Shown here piece after piece: positions 20,568-30,316 of a stretch of 64,000 bases of DNA. This DNA is from an uncultured Desulfosarcina sp. (GTDB taxonomy: Bacteria > Desulfobacterota > Desulfobacteria > Desulfobacterales > Desulfosarcinaceae), in contig CAXXWQ010000004.1 of the NCBI GenBank assembly GCA_963674945.2, forward strand, positions 2,976,001-3,040,000, in the 5' to 3' direction. Position 1 is the first letter of the stretch. Every line of letters starts with the position of its first letter. The position numbers were made by a program, and so were the translations under genes. Below the pieces are notes generated by a model. The model saw nothing but the letters and a program-made list of their open reading frames with translations, did no database searches and was not told the origin of the DNA.

Positions 20568-23036
20568 ATGCGGAAAAAAAATCCCCAACGCCTCCAACCG
20601 ATGATCCATCGCCGGCGTGTGTACCGCGAATCTTGGCTGACATTTCAGGCGCGACTGCTGATCTTTTCCCTGATCCCCCTTGTCGTCCTGACCACCGGTG
20701 GATTTCTTCTCTTCGTGGGAATCGACGCCAAAGGGCAGTGGTCGATTCCGGCTGTCTTTCTCATCGTGCTTTGCATCGGTGCTTTTACGGCATCTTTTGT
20801 CCTCGGCCGCCATGTCCTCGCCACGATGCGGAACCTGACCGAAAAGGCAACCAGGGCCATGGCAGATCAATATGACACCAAGGACGCTATCGTCACAACA
20901 GACGTGTTGGTTCGGCTGGAAAGAACCATCGACATTCTGATCGATGAATTTGAGAAGGCCATGGGGCACGGTGACGTATTGTCCCGATTGAATTCAGGAT
21001 TGGACGACATGCAAAGGCAGCTTTTCGGCCTCGAAGAGACCGGTGATGTCGTTCAAAACGGGTTGGAATTCATCAGCCGGTTCACGGATCTAAATGAAGC
21101 CGCCTTCTATTTTCTGGATGAAACGGACGTTATGTGCTGCATCGGCCGTTTTCCCGACCATGTTCACCCTGACGCTGCGCTTCGGATATCTCACCCTGGC
21201 GATGCGATCGAAAAGACGGTCGAAAAAAAAAGGCTGCTTTTTTTCCGGAAGGATTTGACCTGTGGTGAATCAAGCATCGATCAGGCCGATCTGATCACGC
21301 TGCCCGTGCTTTGGAAGGAGAAGGTGCAGGGCGTACTGAAAATGGAAAGATCCGAAGGCTTTTCCCCATTTCACCTTCGATTCGCAAAAGGTGCGGCACA
21401 GATCATGGGAGCGGCCATAGAAATGGCCTCGGCCCTGGGGCAAAAAGCAATTTTATTGGAACGAGCGTCACGCCAGAAAAAAAATATCGACTCCCTTCAA
21501 ACCGCTTTGACCAACAGCCTGGAAGAGCTCGAAGATCAGCACCAGGCATTCGAGGCAACCAGAAAAAAGCTCCGGTTAAAACAGCTGGAAACCGAGGCCG
21601 CAAATGCACAGATGTTGAAAAATGCGCTGGATCTGGAAGCACATATGGCCATTTTGGAAAAGCAGAATGCGGCGTTGGAGACCGCCCGCCTGGAACTGGA
21701 AGAAAAGGCCCGTGAACTGGAGATCACGAGTCAGTACAAGACCTCTTTTCTTGCCAACATGTCCCACGAACTGAGAACCCCCCTCAATAGTATCTTGCTG
21801 CTCTCCCGACTCTTGCAGGAGAGCGAGGGAAAGCCCCTGACGGACAAGCGGCTGGAATTTGCAAAAACCATCCGCTCCGCCGGCGAGGATCTGCTCAATC
21901 TGATCGACGAGGTGCTGGACCTTGCCACGATAGAATCGGGAAAGATGGCGGTGAATCTGGCTCCGGTCACGATCCGATCCATCGCGGACACCATGGCGGA
22001 GATTTTCTCGCCCTTGGCTGAACAAAAAAGAGTGGCCTTCTCCACCCGTGTGGCGCCGGAGGTGCCGGAACGCGTGATTACCGACCGAAAGCGAATCGGA
22101 CAGATCGTCAAGAACTTTCTCTCCAACGCTTTCAAGTTTACCGAAAGAGGTTCCGTCACCCTTGAAATCGACGTTGCGGCGGGAGATCCGCTGTCCGCGG
22201 ATCGGACGGAAGTACCCCGTCATGACTGCCTGACCATCGCCGTTGCGGATACGGGAATCGGTATCCCGTCGGACAAAATCCAAATGGTGTTCGAAGCCTT
22301 CGAGCAAGTGGACGGTTCCACCCGGCGCAAATATGGTGGCACGGGGTTGGGGCTTTCCATTTCCCGGCAACTTGCACAATTGCTGGGCGGGGATATCACA
22401 CTGGAAAGCCAAGAGGGCGAGGGAAGCCGTTTTGCCCTTAACCTTCCCATCATCCAGGAAGAGGAGAAAGGGGAGATGATCTTCCGCGCCCAAATTCGCG
22501 AAAGCAGCAAATTCATCGGAAAATCGGTTTTGTTATCGGACGATACCACCGAACGCGTTCCCACCGATGCGGAGAAAAAGCCATGGCCATCCGATCGTCG
22601 TATCGACACTTTTTCGTTAAAAGGGAAAACGATCTTGCTGGCCGACGATGACATGCGGACGGTGTTTGCCCTTTCCAATGCGCTGGAGGCACAGGGAGCC
22701 AGGGTGCTCGCCGGAAAGACCGGAAAGGAAAGTCTTGACAAAATCCATGGTTTTCCGGAGATTGACCTTGTCATCATGGATGTGATGATAACCGGAACGG
22801 ACGGCTACGAGGCCCTTCGAACGATTCGTGGCCGAAAAGAGCATGGAAATCTTCCCATCATTGCCCTCACGGCCAAAGCCATGAAAGGAGACCGGTCCAA
22901 GTGCATTGCGGCGGGAGCCAATGACTATTTGTCCAAACCGGTGAATTTGGATGCGTTGATGACCATCATTGACAACCGATTGGCCCCACCTTCCCCAGAT
23001 GATCAGTCAATCAGGCAATCGCCCGACCCAGAATGA
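20568..23036 (+). CDS. Membrane hybrid sensor histidine kinase (TM-GAF-coiled coil-HisKA-HATPase-REC)
   Basis: FLANMSHELRTPLNS, N box, DTGIGI, GGTGLGL; C-terminal receiver VIMDVM...IIALTA...SKP. Confidence 0.95.
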   Translation: MRKKNPQRLQPMIHRRRVYRESWLTFQARLLIFSLIPLVVLTTGGFLLFVGIDAKGQWSIPAVFLIVLCIGAFTASFVLGRHVLATMRNLTEKATRAMADQYDTKDAIVTTDVLVRLERTIDILIDEFEKAMGHGDVLSRLNSGLDDMQRQLFGLEETGDVVQNGLEFISRFTDLNEAAFYFLDETDVMCCIGRFPDHVHPDAALRISHPGDAIEKTVEKKRLLFFRKDLTCGESSIDQADLITLPVLWKEKVQGVLKMERSEGFSPFHLRFAKGAAQIMGAAIEMASALGQKAILLERASRQKKNIDSLQTALTNSLEELEDQHQAFEATRKKLRLKQLETEAANAQMLKNALDLEAHMAILEKQNAALETARLELEEKARELEITSQYKTSFLANMSHELRTPLNSILLLSRLLQESEGKPLTDKRLEFAKTIRSAGEDLLNLIDEVLDLATIESGKMAVNLAPVTIRSIADTMAEIFSPLAEQKRVAFSTRVAPEVPERVITDRKRIGQIVKNFLSNAFKFTERGSVTLEIDVAAGDPLSADRTEVPRHDCLTIAVADTGIGIPSDKIQMVFEAFEQVDGSTRRKYGGTGLGLSISRQLAQLLGGDITLESQEGEGSRFALNLPIIQEEEKGEMIFRAQIRESSKFIGKSVLLSDDTTERVPTDAEKKPWPSDRRIDTFSLKGKTILLADDDMRTVFALSNALEAQGARVLAGKTGKESLDKIHGFPEIDLVIMDVMITGTDGYEALRTIRGRKEHGNLPIIALTAKAMKGDRSKCIAAGANDYLSKPVNLDALMTIIDNRLAPPSPDDQSIRQSPDPE

Positions 23037-23140
23037 CCATACCACGCGACGCCTGCAACCCCTCACGGTTTCATTGCAACACGAGTTGCTCTCAGACCGG
23101 GGTAACAATTGCGATACCGGCTGTCCATCGATAAAAATTA

Positions 23141-24805
23141 TTGGGCCTACCGAAGACATTGGACGAAATTACGAAAATATTGATTGTCGACGACAGACCG
23201 GAAAATCTTTTGGCCATCGAGGGGGTTTTGGATCAGCCGGGACTTACCATCATCACCGCCACCACCGGTAACGAGGCGTTGGGGCTGGTATTGGAACACG
23301 ACTTCGCCCTTGTTCTGTTGGATGTACAGATGCCCGGCATGGATGGTTTCGAGGTGGCGCAGCTCATGCGGGGCAGCGAAAAGACACGCCATGTCCCCAT
23401 CATCTTTCTCACGGCCATCAGCAAGGAGGATACTCACGTCTTCGCCGGTTATGAGAAGGGCGCTGTGGATTACCTGTTCAAGCCGCTGGACCCAATGGTC
23501 CTGAGAAGTAAAGTAAATGTCTTCGTGACCTTGCATCGGCAACAAATGCGATTGGAACGAAGCAATGAAGAGCTTCAGAAAATGATTTCGGACCTGGAGG
23601 AGGCCAACCAGAAAGTACAGGCGCAACAAAAGGCGATTGTCCAGGAGGAACGGCTCAAGGTTTTGTTGGAGATGGCCGGTGCCACCGCCCATGAATTGAA
23701 TCAACCCCTGATGGTGCTGATGGGAAACATTCAACTGATCGAAATGGATGGCGGTCTGCCCGAAAAACAGATCCCTCGAATTGAAAAAATTTCCGAGGCT
23801 GCCGGTAGAATGGCTAGGATCGTGAAGCAAATCCAGACGATACGCCATGACGAACCCCGAACCTACACCGGCGGACAAGTCATTTTAAATCTGGACCAGA
23901 AGATCTCGATTCTTTCCATCGATGATGATGACGAGGATTTTACCGATATCGAGCAGACTGTGAAGGGTCATAGCAAGTTGTCCCTGAACCGGTCAACCAC
24001 CATTCAAGACGCCTTGGAGCGGTTGGAAAAAGATCGCCTGGATATGATATTGATGGAATACCGGCTCCCCGACGGTACCGCCCTGGAATTTCTCGAATCC
24101 ATCATCAGTCAGGCCATAGAGATCCCCGTGGTGGTCATCACCGATCAGGGAGACGAGCTGGCAGCCTCACGGGTGATCAAAGCAGGCGCATATGATTACC
24201 TTCCCAAAAATAAGGTAACGGAAGAGTCGCTTTTGCGGATCATCTCCCACTCATTGGAAAAGGCCGGGTTTCGAAGAGAGATGCGCATGGCCCAGGAAAA
24301 ACTGGCGGAATTGTCTGTGCGGGACGAACTGACAGGCTTATTCAACCGGCGCTATTTTCAAGATGCCTTGAGCCGGGAGATATCCGGCGCCAAACGATAC
24401 GACCACAATATGGCCCTTTGTATGTTCGATCTTGACCATTTCAAACGGGTCAACGACACAAAGGGACATCTGTTCGGCGACCAGGTTCTGCGGGAATTCG
24501 GGAAGCTTTTGATCGAAAGCATTCGCCAGTACGATGTGGCCTGCCGGTACGGAGGAGAAGAGTTTGCCCTGATCCTACCCGATACAACCCTGGAAGAAGC
24601 GGTTTCCCTGTGCGAGCGGTTCCGTCAGCGGGTGGAAGCGAACCCGTTTTACTATGGCGACCTGATGGTCCACATCACCACCAGCGTGGGCGTCGCCGAG
24701 CGCCTTGCCGTCAGCGAGATCACGGACGAGAAACTGATCGAAATGGCCGACAAAGCCCTGTATCAGGCCAAAGAGAGGGGGCGTAACCGGGTGGTTGCGC
24801 TGTAA
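23141..24805 (+). CDS. Response-regulator diguanylate cyclase (REC-DHp-REC-GGDEF); start may be the TTG at 23159
   Basis: ILIVDD...LLDVQMP; AHELNQPL H-box; second REC; DELTGLFNRR, DLDHFKRVND, RQYD-ACRYGGEEF. Confidence 0.93.
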   Translation: MGLPKTLDEITKILIVDDRPENLLAIEGVLDQPGLTIITATTGNEALGLVLEHDFALVLLDVQMPGMDGFEVAQLMRGSEKTRHVPIIFLTAISKEDTHVFAGYEKGAVDYLFKPLDPMVLRSKVNVFVTLHRQQMRLERSNEELQKMISDLEEANQKVQAQQKAIVQEERLKVLLEMAGATAHELNQPLMVLMGNIQLIEMDGGLPEKQIPRIEKISEAAGRMARIVKQIQTIRHDEPRTYTGGQVILNLDQKISILSIDDDDEDFTDIEQTVKGHSKLSLNRSTTIQDALERLEKDRLDMILMEYRLPDGTALEFLESIISQAIEIPVVVITDQGDELAASRVIKAGAYDYLPKNKVTEESLLRIISHSLEKAGFRREMRMAQEKLAELSVRDELTGLFNRRYFQDALSREISGAKRYDHNMALCMFDLDHFKRVNDTKGHLFGDQVLREFGKLLIESIRQYDVACRYGGEEFALILPDTTLEEAVSLCERFRQRVEANPFYYGDLMVHITTSVGVAERLAVSEITDEKLIEMADKALYQAKERGRNRVVAL

Positions 24806-25054
24806 CACCTGGTCCGGAAGACCATGTTTTATTAAAAATGTATGCTGCAACCTTGTTGTGTCCTCATTTCGCCTTTTCTATCCTTGCTGGAATAAAAACG
24901 GCAACACCCCAAAGAAACCGTAAACACTATACGCCGCATCCAGATTATTGATGCCGCCGCTTCGCCTATAGTATTCAAACGATTGGTGCCGTTTAACGAA
25001 CCTTGATCGTCGGGGGCGCTGATGTTTATAATGAAGGATGATTACAACCAATTG

Positions 25055-25203
25055 ATTGAGAAGCTGAAAAATCGATTTTTAAAAAGAAACGACACATCGA
25101 AGTTCCAGAGTCAAAGCAACTTGCTCCGGATATCGATGAAATAAAAAAGGTGATCTGCAGCGAATACAGCATCGAAAAAGATCAGTTGCTTTATAGGAAA
25201 GGT
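25055..25203 (+). pseudogene. Frameshifted fragment resembling the DnaA-domain-IV-like C-terminus of Y1 (IS200/RAYT-like) transposases
   Basis: IEKLKNRF/KKKRHIEVPESKQLAPDIDEIKKVICSEYSIEKDQLLYRK, frameshift in a T run at about 25080; recognition from memory only. Confidence 0.45.
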
Positions 25204-25210
25204 CTTACAC

Positions 25211-25797
25211 ATGGATCTCCAAAAAGGAGTTATTGTTTTGGTTGTCACTATTTCAGGATACCTTTTTTCCGATTCCCCTTTTGCCCAAGGCGTTATTCAG
25301 CTTGCATAGACCGGCCAGACCGCCAGTTACCATGCTTTGGACGACGGGGATCTCCAACCAGGCGTTTCCTGGCCCGACCCCGTTTCACGGACCACGGCAA
25401 CGGTTCCGCCACGGACCATTTGACCGGACTGATGTGGATGACCGACGCCAACCTCATGCAGACGCTCGATCCCGGGTACGACACGGACGGTACCAGTGAC
25501 GGACTGGTGAGCTGGTATCACGCCCTGGATTACATCGCAGGCATGAATGGAAGTATCCATCCGAATTACGGCTATACCGAATGGCGCTTGCCCAATCGGG
25601 TGGAGGCGCTGAGCCTGCTGGATTTCAACCAGCACCGTCCGCCACTCCCGGAAAACCATCCATTTTCTGAACCATATGGTTGGAATGCCAATACCGCGAC
25701 GACATCGGCCGCAGACACGACCATGGACTGGATAGTGATCCTCGGGGACCGGGGATATAGCCATTGAGCCTATACATGGGACAGATCGGAACTCTAA
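25211..25797 (+). pseudogene. DUF1566 (Lcl-like) exported protein pseudogene
   Basis: ATG 25211; signal-like leader; IQLA*TGQTASY..DDGDLQPGVSWPDP/RFTDHGNGSATDHLTGLMW...YTEWRLPNRVEALSL. TAG at 25307, 1-nt deletion in the C run at about 25380, early TGA at 25765. Confidence 0.85.
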
Positions 25798-25838
25798 ACA
25801 GTCTGTAGATTAACTAAAAATGAATGACGGTGAGATCG

Positions 25839-26123
25839 TCACAAATCATTTTTTACAACGCGGCCTGGGAATATGGTTGATTTTGAATTGAGCAGGATGT
25901 CCCTGTCTTCTGTGGCCAAGTTCCGATTATTGTTCCGTAACGGATGTACAAGAACTTCCAGCAGGGTAATGGTTGAAGTGACAACCATGAAGCCGCCTTT
26001 TTCCATTGCCTCGAAAAAATGCCTGACTGTTTCTATGTAGGTGGGGTTTTCTTCGATGAAATAAATCAGCGGTGCGGTATCAAGACCAATAGTTTTCCCG
26101 TGTAATTCGTTTATCCATTCCAC
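25839..26123 (-). pseudogene. PIN-domain (VapC-like) toxin, C-terminally truncated
   Basis: IGLDTAPLIYFIE and STITLLEVLVHP motifs, but only 94 aa; the downstream D-A-I/T-N-D acidic motifs are absent. Confidence 0.75.
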
Positions 26124-26332
26124 GATGATCGTTCCTCATCGATATAGGATTTAACATTAACGTTTTTCCAGATATCCTTGCCCTTGCCTTTACGCTCTAA
26201 AATGCTGCGAGGCTTCGCCTTGTTTGTCTGTCGTCGAATGATTTTTGCCATCTCTTCTAAAAGACGGAGTTGGTCTGACAAATCCATTGTTTTTATTTCA
26301 GAAATGACATTATTATAGTTTGGTTCCGGCAT
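26111..26332 (-). CDS. Putative antitoxin upstream of and overlapping the PIN gene
   Basis: 73 aa; RSILE..GKGKDIW...YIDEERSSW tail typical of PIN-associated antitoxins; 13-bp overlap with the toxin gene. Confidence 0.75.
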   Translation of the reverse strand: MPEPNYNNVISEIKTMDLSDQLRLLEEMAKIIRRQTNKAKPRSILERKGKGKDIWKNVNVKSYIDEERSSWNG

Positions 26333-26835
26333 GATCCCGTCTCCTCATGAGTTGAATGGTTTGTTACAGTGAAACATCCTGCCAACATAGTAAGCGATCT
26401 TGTGCCCAAATTCAATTGTTCCGGTAATTTTCTTTGTTAAACGGCAACCGTTATGGCCGTCCCCATCCTTTCCCATCCATTTATAAGCTGGGGGACAGCA
26501 ACCTTTTAGCAACTATATGTGGACCATGGCCATGGAACCTATCAAAAGAGTAGGTAGGGATTATGGAATGCAATCCTTGCCCTTTATATTGGTTATAGGG
26601 CATGAGGCGATAGCCAGTATGTACAACACGATTTGTAAAAACGGTGTTTACTGCTATGAAGGTGGACATTAGAATAAAAGAGACCAACCACAACATCTGG
26701 TGGTTGGTCTCTTATTTTAAAACCTGTGATAAATCGATATATCCCAAGCGACATCAGTCCATATGCCGGTGAAGATATCAATACCATATGTTGAAATGCT
26801 GAAAAGACGACGTCAGTTATGAATTGAGAAAAATG

Positions 26836-26875
26836 CAAAAAAGCCTACCACAATATATCGTGGTAGGCTTTTTTG
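26836..26875. terminator. Intrinsic terminator downstream of prpE
   Basis: AAAAAAGCCTACCAC-AATATATC-GTGGTAGGCTTTTTT. Confidence 0.88.
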
Positions 26876-26900
26876 TGGGCGCAAATCCTGACTTTTAGGG

Positions 26901-28808
26901 TTACCCCTTTTTCCCACCGGCATATCCGATGTTCTGTAACGCCTCTTCCATCTCCCCAAGGATGGTCGGATCGTCGATGGTGGCCGGAACTTTATACTCC
27001 TTGCTATCGGCGATTTTCTGGATCGTTCCCCGAAGTATCTTTCCCGAACGGGTCTTGGGAAGCCGCTTGACCACCGTGGCCGTCTTGAAGGCGGCAACGG
27101 GTCCGATGCGTTCTCTCACCATCTGGATCACCTCTTTTACAATCTCCTCTTTGGCCTTTGTCACCCCCGCCTTGAGTACGAGAAATCCAACGGGAACCTG
27201 GCCCTTGAGACTGTCATCCACCCCCAGCACCGCACACTCGGCGACATCCGGATGGTCGGAGAGCACCTCTTCCATTGCCCCGGTGGAGAGGCGATGTCCC
27301 GCAACGTTGATGATATCGTCCGTCCGGCTCATCACGAAGACGTAGCCGTCCTCATCGATAAATCCGGCATCGGCCGTTTTGTAGTAGCCGGGAAATTCCT
27401 CCAGGTAGGATTCCACGTACCGTTCGTCGTTTTGCCACAAGGTGGGCAAGGCACCCGGCGGCAGGGGCAGTTTCACGACCAGGGCGCCGATCTCGCCGGC
27501 GGGCACCTCCTGGTTGTTGGCGTTGACCACTTTCAGGTTCCAACCCGGTGCGGGTTTGGTGGGTGAGCCCTCCTTTACGGTAAACTCGTGCAGGCCTATG
27601 CAATTGGCGGCGATGGCCCAGCCCGTCTCCGTCTGCCACCAATGGTCCACGACCGGAACATTCAGGGCGTTTCTGGCCCAGTGCAAGGTATTGGGATCGG
27701 TGCGCTCACCGGCCAAAAACAATGCCTTGAAATTGGAAAGATCGTACTTTTTCATCAGCTCGGCGTTGGGATCCTCGCGCTTTATGGCCCGAAACGCCGT
27801 GGGGGCCGTGAACATGGTCTTCACCTTGTGTTCGGAGATGACCCGCCAGAAAACGCCGGCATCGGGGGTACCCACGGGTTTGCCTTCGAACAGAATGGTC
27901 GTGCACCCCTTGAACAATGGGGCGTATACGATGTAGCTGTGGCCCACCACCCATCCGACGTCCGAGGCGGCCCAATAAACGTCGCCGGCATCGACATTAT
28001 AAATGTTTTTCATCGTCCATTTGAGGGAAACCACATGGCCGCCGTTGTCCCGCACCACCCCCTTGGGCTGCCCGGTGGTTCCCGATGTGTAGAGGATGTA
28101 GAGAGGATCGGTGGCCGCCACCGGAACGCAATCGGCCGGCGTTGCCGAAGCCATGGCATCGTTCCAGTCGACGTCCCGGCCGGCGACAAAATCCGCCAAT
28201 TCCATGGAGCGCTGGAAGATGATGCATTTTTCCGGCTTGGACCGACTCATGTCGATGGCCGCGTCAAGAAGCGGTTTGTACTTGATGATCTTCTTCACTT
28301 CGATGCCGCAGGAGGCGGAGACGATCACCTTTGGCTTGGCGTCGTTGATGCGTGTTGCCAGTTCGTTGGCCGCGAATCCGCCAAAAACCACCGAATGAAC
28401 GGCACCAATGCGCGCACACGCCAGCATGGCCATTGCCGATTCGGCGATCATCGGCATGTAGATCAATACCCGATCACCCTTTTTCACACCCTGGGCCTGG
28501 AGCACCCCCGCAAATTTGGCCACCTCGTCCCGGAGGGTCTTGTACGTGTATTTGGTAATGGTTTCGGTGACCGGGCTGTCGTAAATCAGGGCCAACTGAT
28601 CACCGCGGCCCTGATCGATGTGGTAATCCACGGCATTGTAGCAGGTGTTGATCTCTCCACCGGTAAACCACCGGAAAAACGGCTTGTTGTCATCATCGAG
28701 CACCTTGTCCCAGCGTTTGTACCAGTGGCAGTCTTCCGCCGCCTTGCCCCAGAATCCGTTTGGATCTTCGATGGATTGTCTGAACGCCGCGTCATAGGGA
28801 TTGGTCAT
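26901..28808 (-). CDS. prpE: Propionate--CoA ligase / short-chain acyl-CoA synthetase
   Basis: True start MTNPY at 28808 with RBS AAGGAG; YILYTSGTTGQPKGVVRDNGGH, DHWWQTETG, LPKTRSGKILR. Confidence 0.9.
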   Translation of the reverse strand: MTNPYDAAFRQSIEDPNGFWGKAAEDCHWYKRWDKVLDDDNKPFFRWFTGGEINTCYNAVDYHIDQGRGDQLALIYDSPVTETITKYTYKTLRDEVAKFAGVLQAQGVKKGDRVLIYMPMIAESAMAMLACARIGAVHSVVFGGFAANELATRINDAKPKVIVSASCGIEVKKIIKYKPLLDAAIDMSRSKPEKCIIFQRSMELADFVAGRDVDWNDAMASATPADCVPVAATDPLYILYTSGTTGQPKGVVRDNGGHVVSLKWTMKNIYNVDAGDVYWAASDVGWVVGHSYIVYAPLFKGCTTILFEGKPVGTPDAGVFWRVISEHKVKTMFTAPTAFRAIKREDPNAELMKKYDLSNFKALFLAGERTDPNTLHWARNALNVPVVDHWWQTETGWAIAANCIGLHEFTVKEGSPTKPAPGWNLKVVNANNQEVPAGEIGALVVKLPLPPGALPTLWQNDERYVESYLEEFPGYYKTADAGFIDEDGYVFVMSRTDDIINVAGHRLSTGAMEEVLSDHPDVAECAVLGVDDSLKGQVPVGFLVLKAGVTKAKEEIVKEVIQMVRERIGPVAAFKTATVVKRLPKTRSGKILRGTIQKIADSKEYKVPATIDDPTILGEMEEALQNIGYAGGKKG

Positions 28809-29181
28809 ATAGATTCTCCTTTTTTCCGTTGGTTGATAATTGGTTGTATTCAAACCGGATGCGTTGCACCCGGAACTAACCCGAACGATACAGCACTGAT
28901 ATACTTTTGGATATCCGGCCCAGGGGGCCGTATATCGAAACCACCCGATTTGCGGGTGGTCGTTGACGACAGTACTCTCGGGTTTCATCGACACTGCGAT
29001 ATCCAGGTGCTGTCTGCTGCGATACGGGCTTTGGGGTAACAAGAGAGCATGGGCAGTATATTCGGCGGGGAGCAGACAAAATCGCAATATTAAATATTAT
29101 TGTCAAACAACAAATAATGTCAATAATAAAATATGAATTTCATACAGTTGATGAATATGGATAGAGGCGGGTTGTTTTTAT

Positions 29182-29382
29182 TCAGAGGAATGCTACCGTA
29201 ACCAGATGAACCATCAACTGGTGCTTGGCATTGTTCAACTGGGGCTCTTCCGCCCAATCCGCATCGGACCCGTCTATAACGATTGTTTCGCTACGCCACT
29301 TTCCGGCCACCTTGTGTACAGAGCAACCCGGTATCGCCATACAGATAAGGAGCGCCGTGAAGAGGAGCCATCGTCGTTTCAT
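29182..29382 (-). pseudogene. Short lipoprotein, probably a truncated remnant
   Basis: Signal peptide with lipobox IPGC, then IVIDGSDADW; ends after 66 aa; co-oriented directly behind the EF-hand gene. Confidence 0.45.
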
Positions 29383-29399
29383 ATTCCGTTTATATCGAT

Positions 29400-29978
29400 T
29401 TAAGGGTGCGCAGGCCTTGCTTCGGCCCGGCTGATGTAGCCATCCCCGTCCGCATCCATCTCGTCGAAGTGATCTTCCGGCCCACTGAACTCGGCCAGGG
29501 AAACGAAGCCGTCGCCGTCGGTATCGTCATTTTCGAACCCATTTTCCATGGGTGGCGCCGGCGGCTTGTCCGCGGCAAGTTCTTCGGCAGTCAATACACC
29601 ATCGGAATCGGCGTCTAGATTATCGAAGTGTTCCGGCGGTCCGGGAAACTCCGCTGAAGAGATCTGCCCATCGCCATCCGTGTCCCAATCTGTGAAACGT
29701 GTCTGGGCGTTCAAGGGCGCCGGGGGAGGACCGTGGGGCGACTCCCCATTGTCCAGGTATCCGTTGCCGTCGGCATCCATTTCGTTGAATCGATCCATGG
29801 GACCGGGAAACTCCTCTGCCGAGACTATCCCGTCACCATCTTGATCAAAGTGGAGTATGAATGACGAACCGGTCTCACCGGTGCTGTCCTCGCCTGCCCA
29901 GGCGGTGATGGCCATACCGACCATTGCCAGAGCAATCAAACTGTTTACCAACCACTTTCCAAAACGTTTTTCTTCCAT
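29400..29978 (-). CDS. Secreted EF-hand calcium-binding protein (six loops in three tandem pairs)
   Basis: Signal peptide ending AWA; DQDGDGIVSAEE, DADGNGYLDNGE, DTDGDGQISSAE, DADSDGVLTAEE, DTDGDGFVSLAE, DADGDGYISRAE; poly-Pro linkers. Confidence 0.92.
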   Translation of the reverse strand: MEEKRFGKWLVNSLIALAMVGMAITAWAGEDSTGETGSSFILHFDQDGDGIVSAEEFPGPMDRFNEMDADGNGYLDNGESPHGPPPAPLNAQTRFTDWDTDGDGQISSAEFPGPPEHFDNLDADSDGVLTAEELAADKPPAPPMENGFENDDTDGDGFVSLAEFSGPEDHFDEMDADGDGYISRAEARPAHP

Positions 29979-30056
29979 GGAAATGCTCCTTTGCGGTTTC
30001 CGTTTACCAAATCGTTGTTTCTGATTATTAAGACAGTTGTGAACCTATCATTGAAC

Positions 30057-30077
30057 TGTGGAGACATTGTGGAGAAA
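30057..30077. promoter_or_regulatory. Tandem direct repeat, candidate BaeR/OmpR-family binding site
   Basis: TGTGGAGA-CAT-TGTGGAGA (11-bp period); reverse complement TTTCTCCACAATGTCTCCACA resembles the BaeR box TTTCTCCA; lies upstream of the EF-hand gene. Confidence 0.55.
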
Positions 30078-30316
30078 GCATGGGATTTATTTGAAAAACC
30101 GTTGACATTGCTTGAAGATATGGTGAACATCGATTACATCAACGATATTTGTATGCAATGGTGCAAAAGCGATTTCGGCATGCTGCCGGAAGATGGCCTG
30201 TTCCTAATAAGAGACGATGGGGGCAAAGGAAGTGGTGCAATGATGACGATCCCCTCTTTTTATTATCGACGTTTCCATTGCGGTCGAACTGGCCGGTATG
30301 CAAAATCGGAAACGAG

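Noticed and set aside
25307..25309. In-frame TAG (and TGA at 25765) in the DUF1566 gene as pyrrolysine/selenocysteine recoding
   Set aside because: The same gene also has a frameshift and truncation; pseudogenisation is simpler.
25150..25767. 205-aa ORF from the track as a real gene
   Set aside because: Chimeric reading: transposase-like fragment, out-of-frame leader, then the distal DUF1566 half.
28809..29087. N-terminal extension of prpE, or a riboswitch in its leader
   Set aside because: A strong RBS precedes ATG 28808. The leader has one hairpin (about 28910-28936) but no riboswitch I can recognise.
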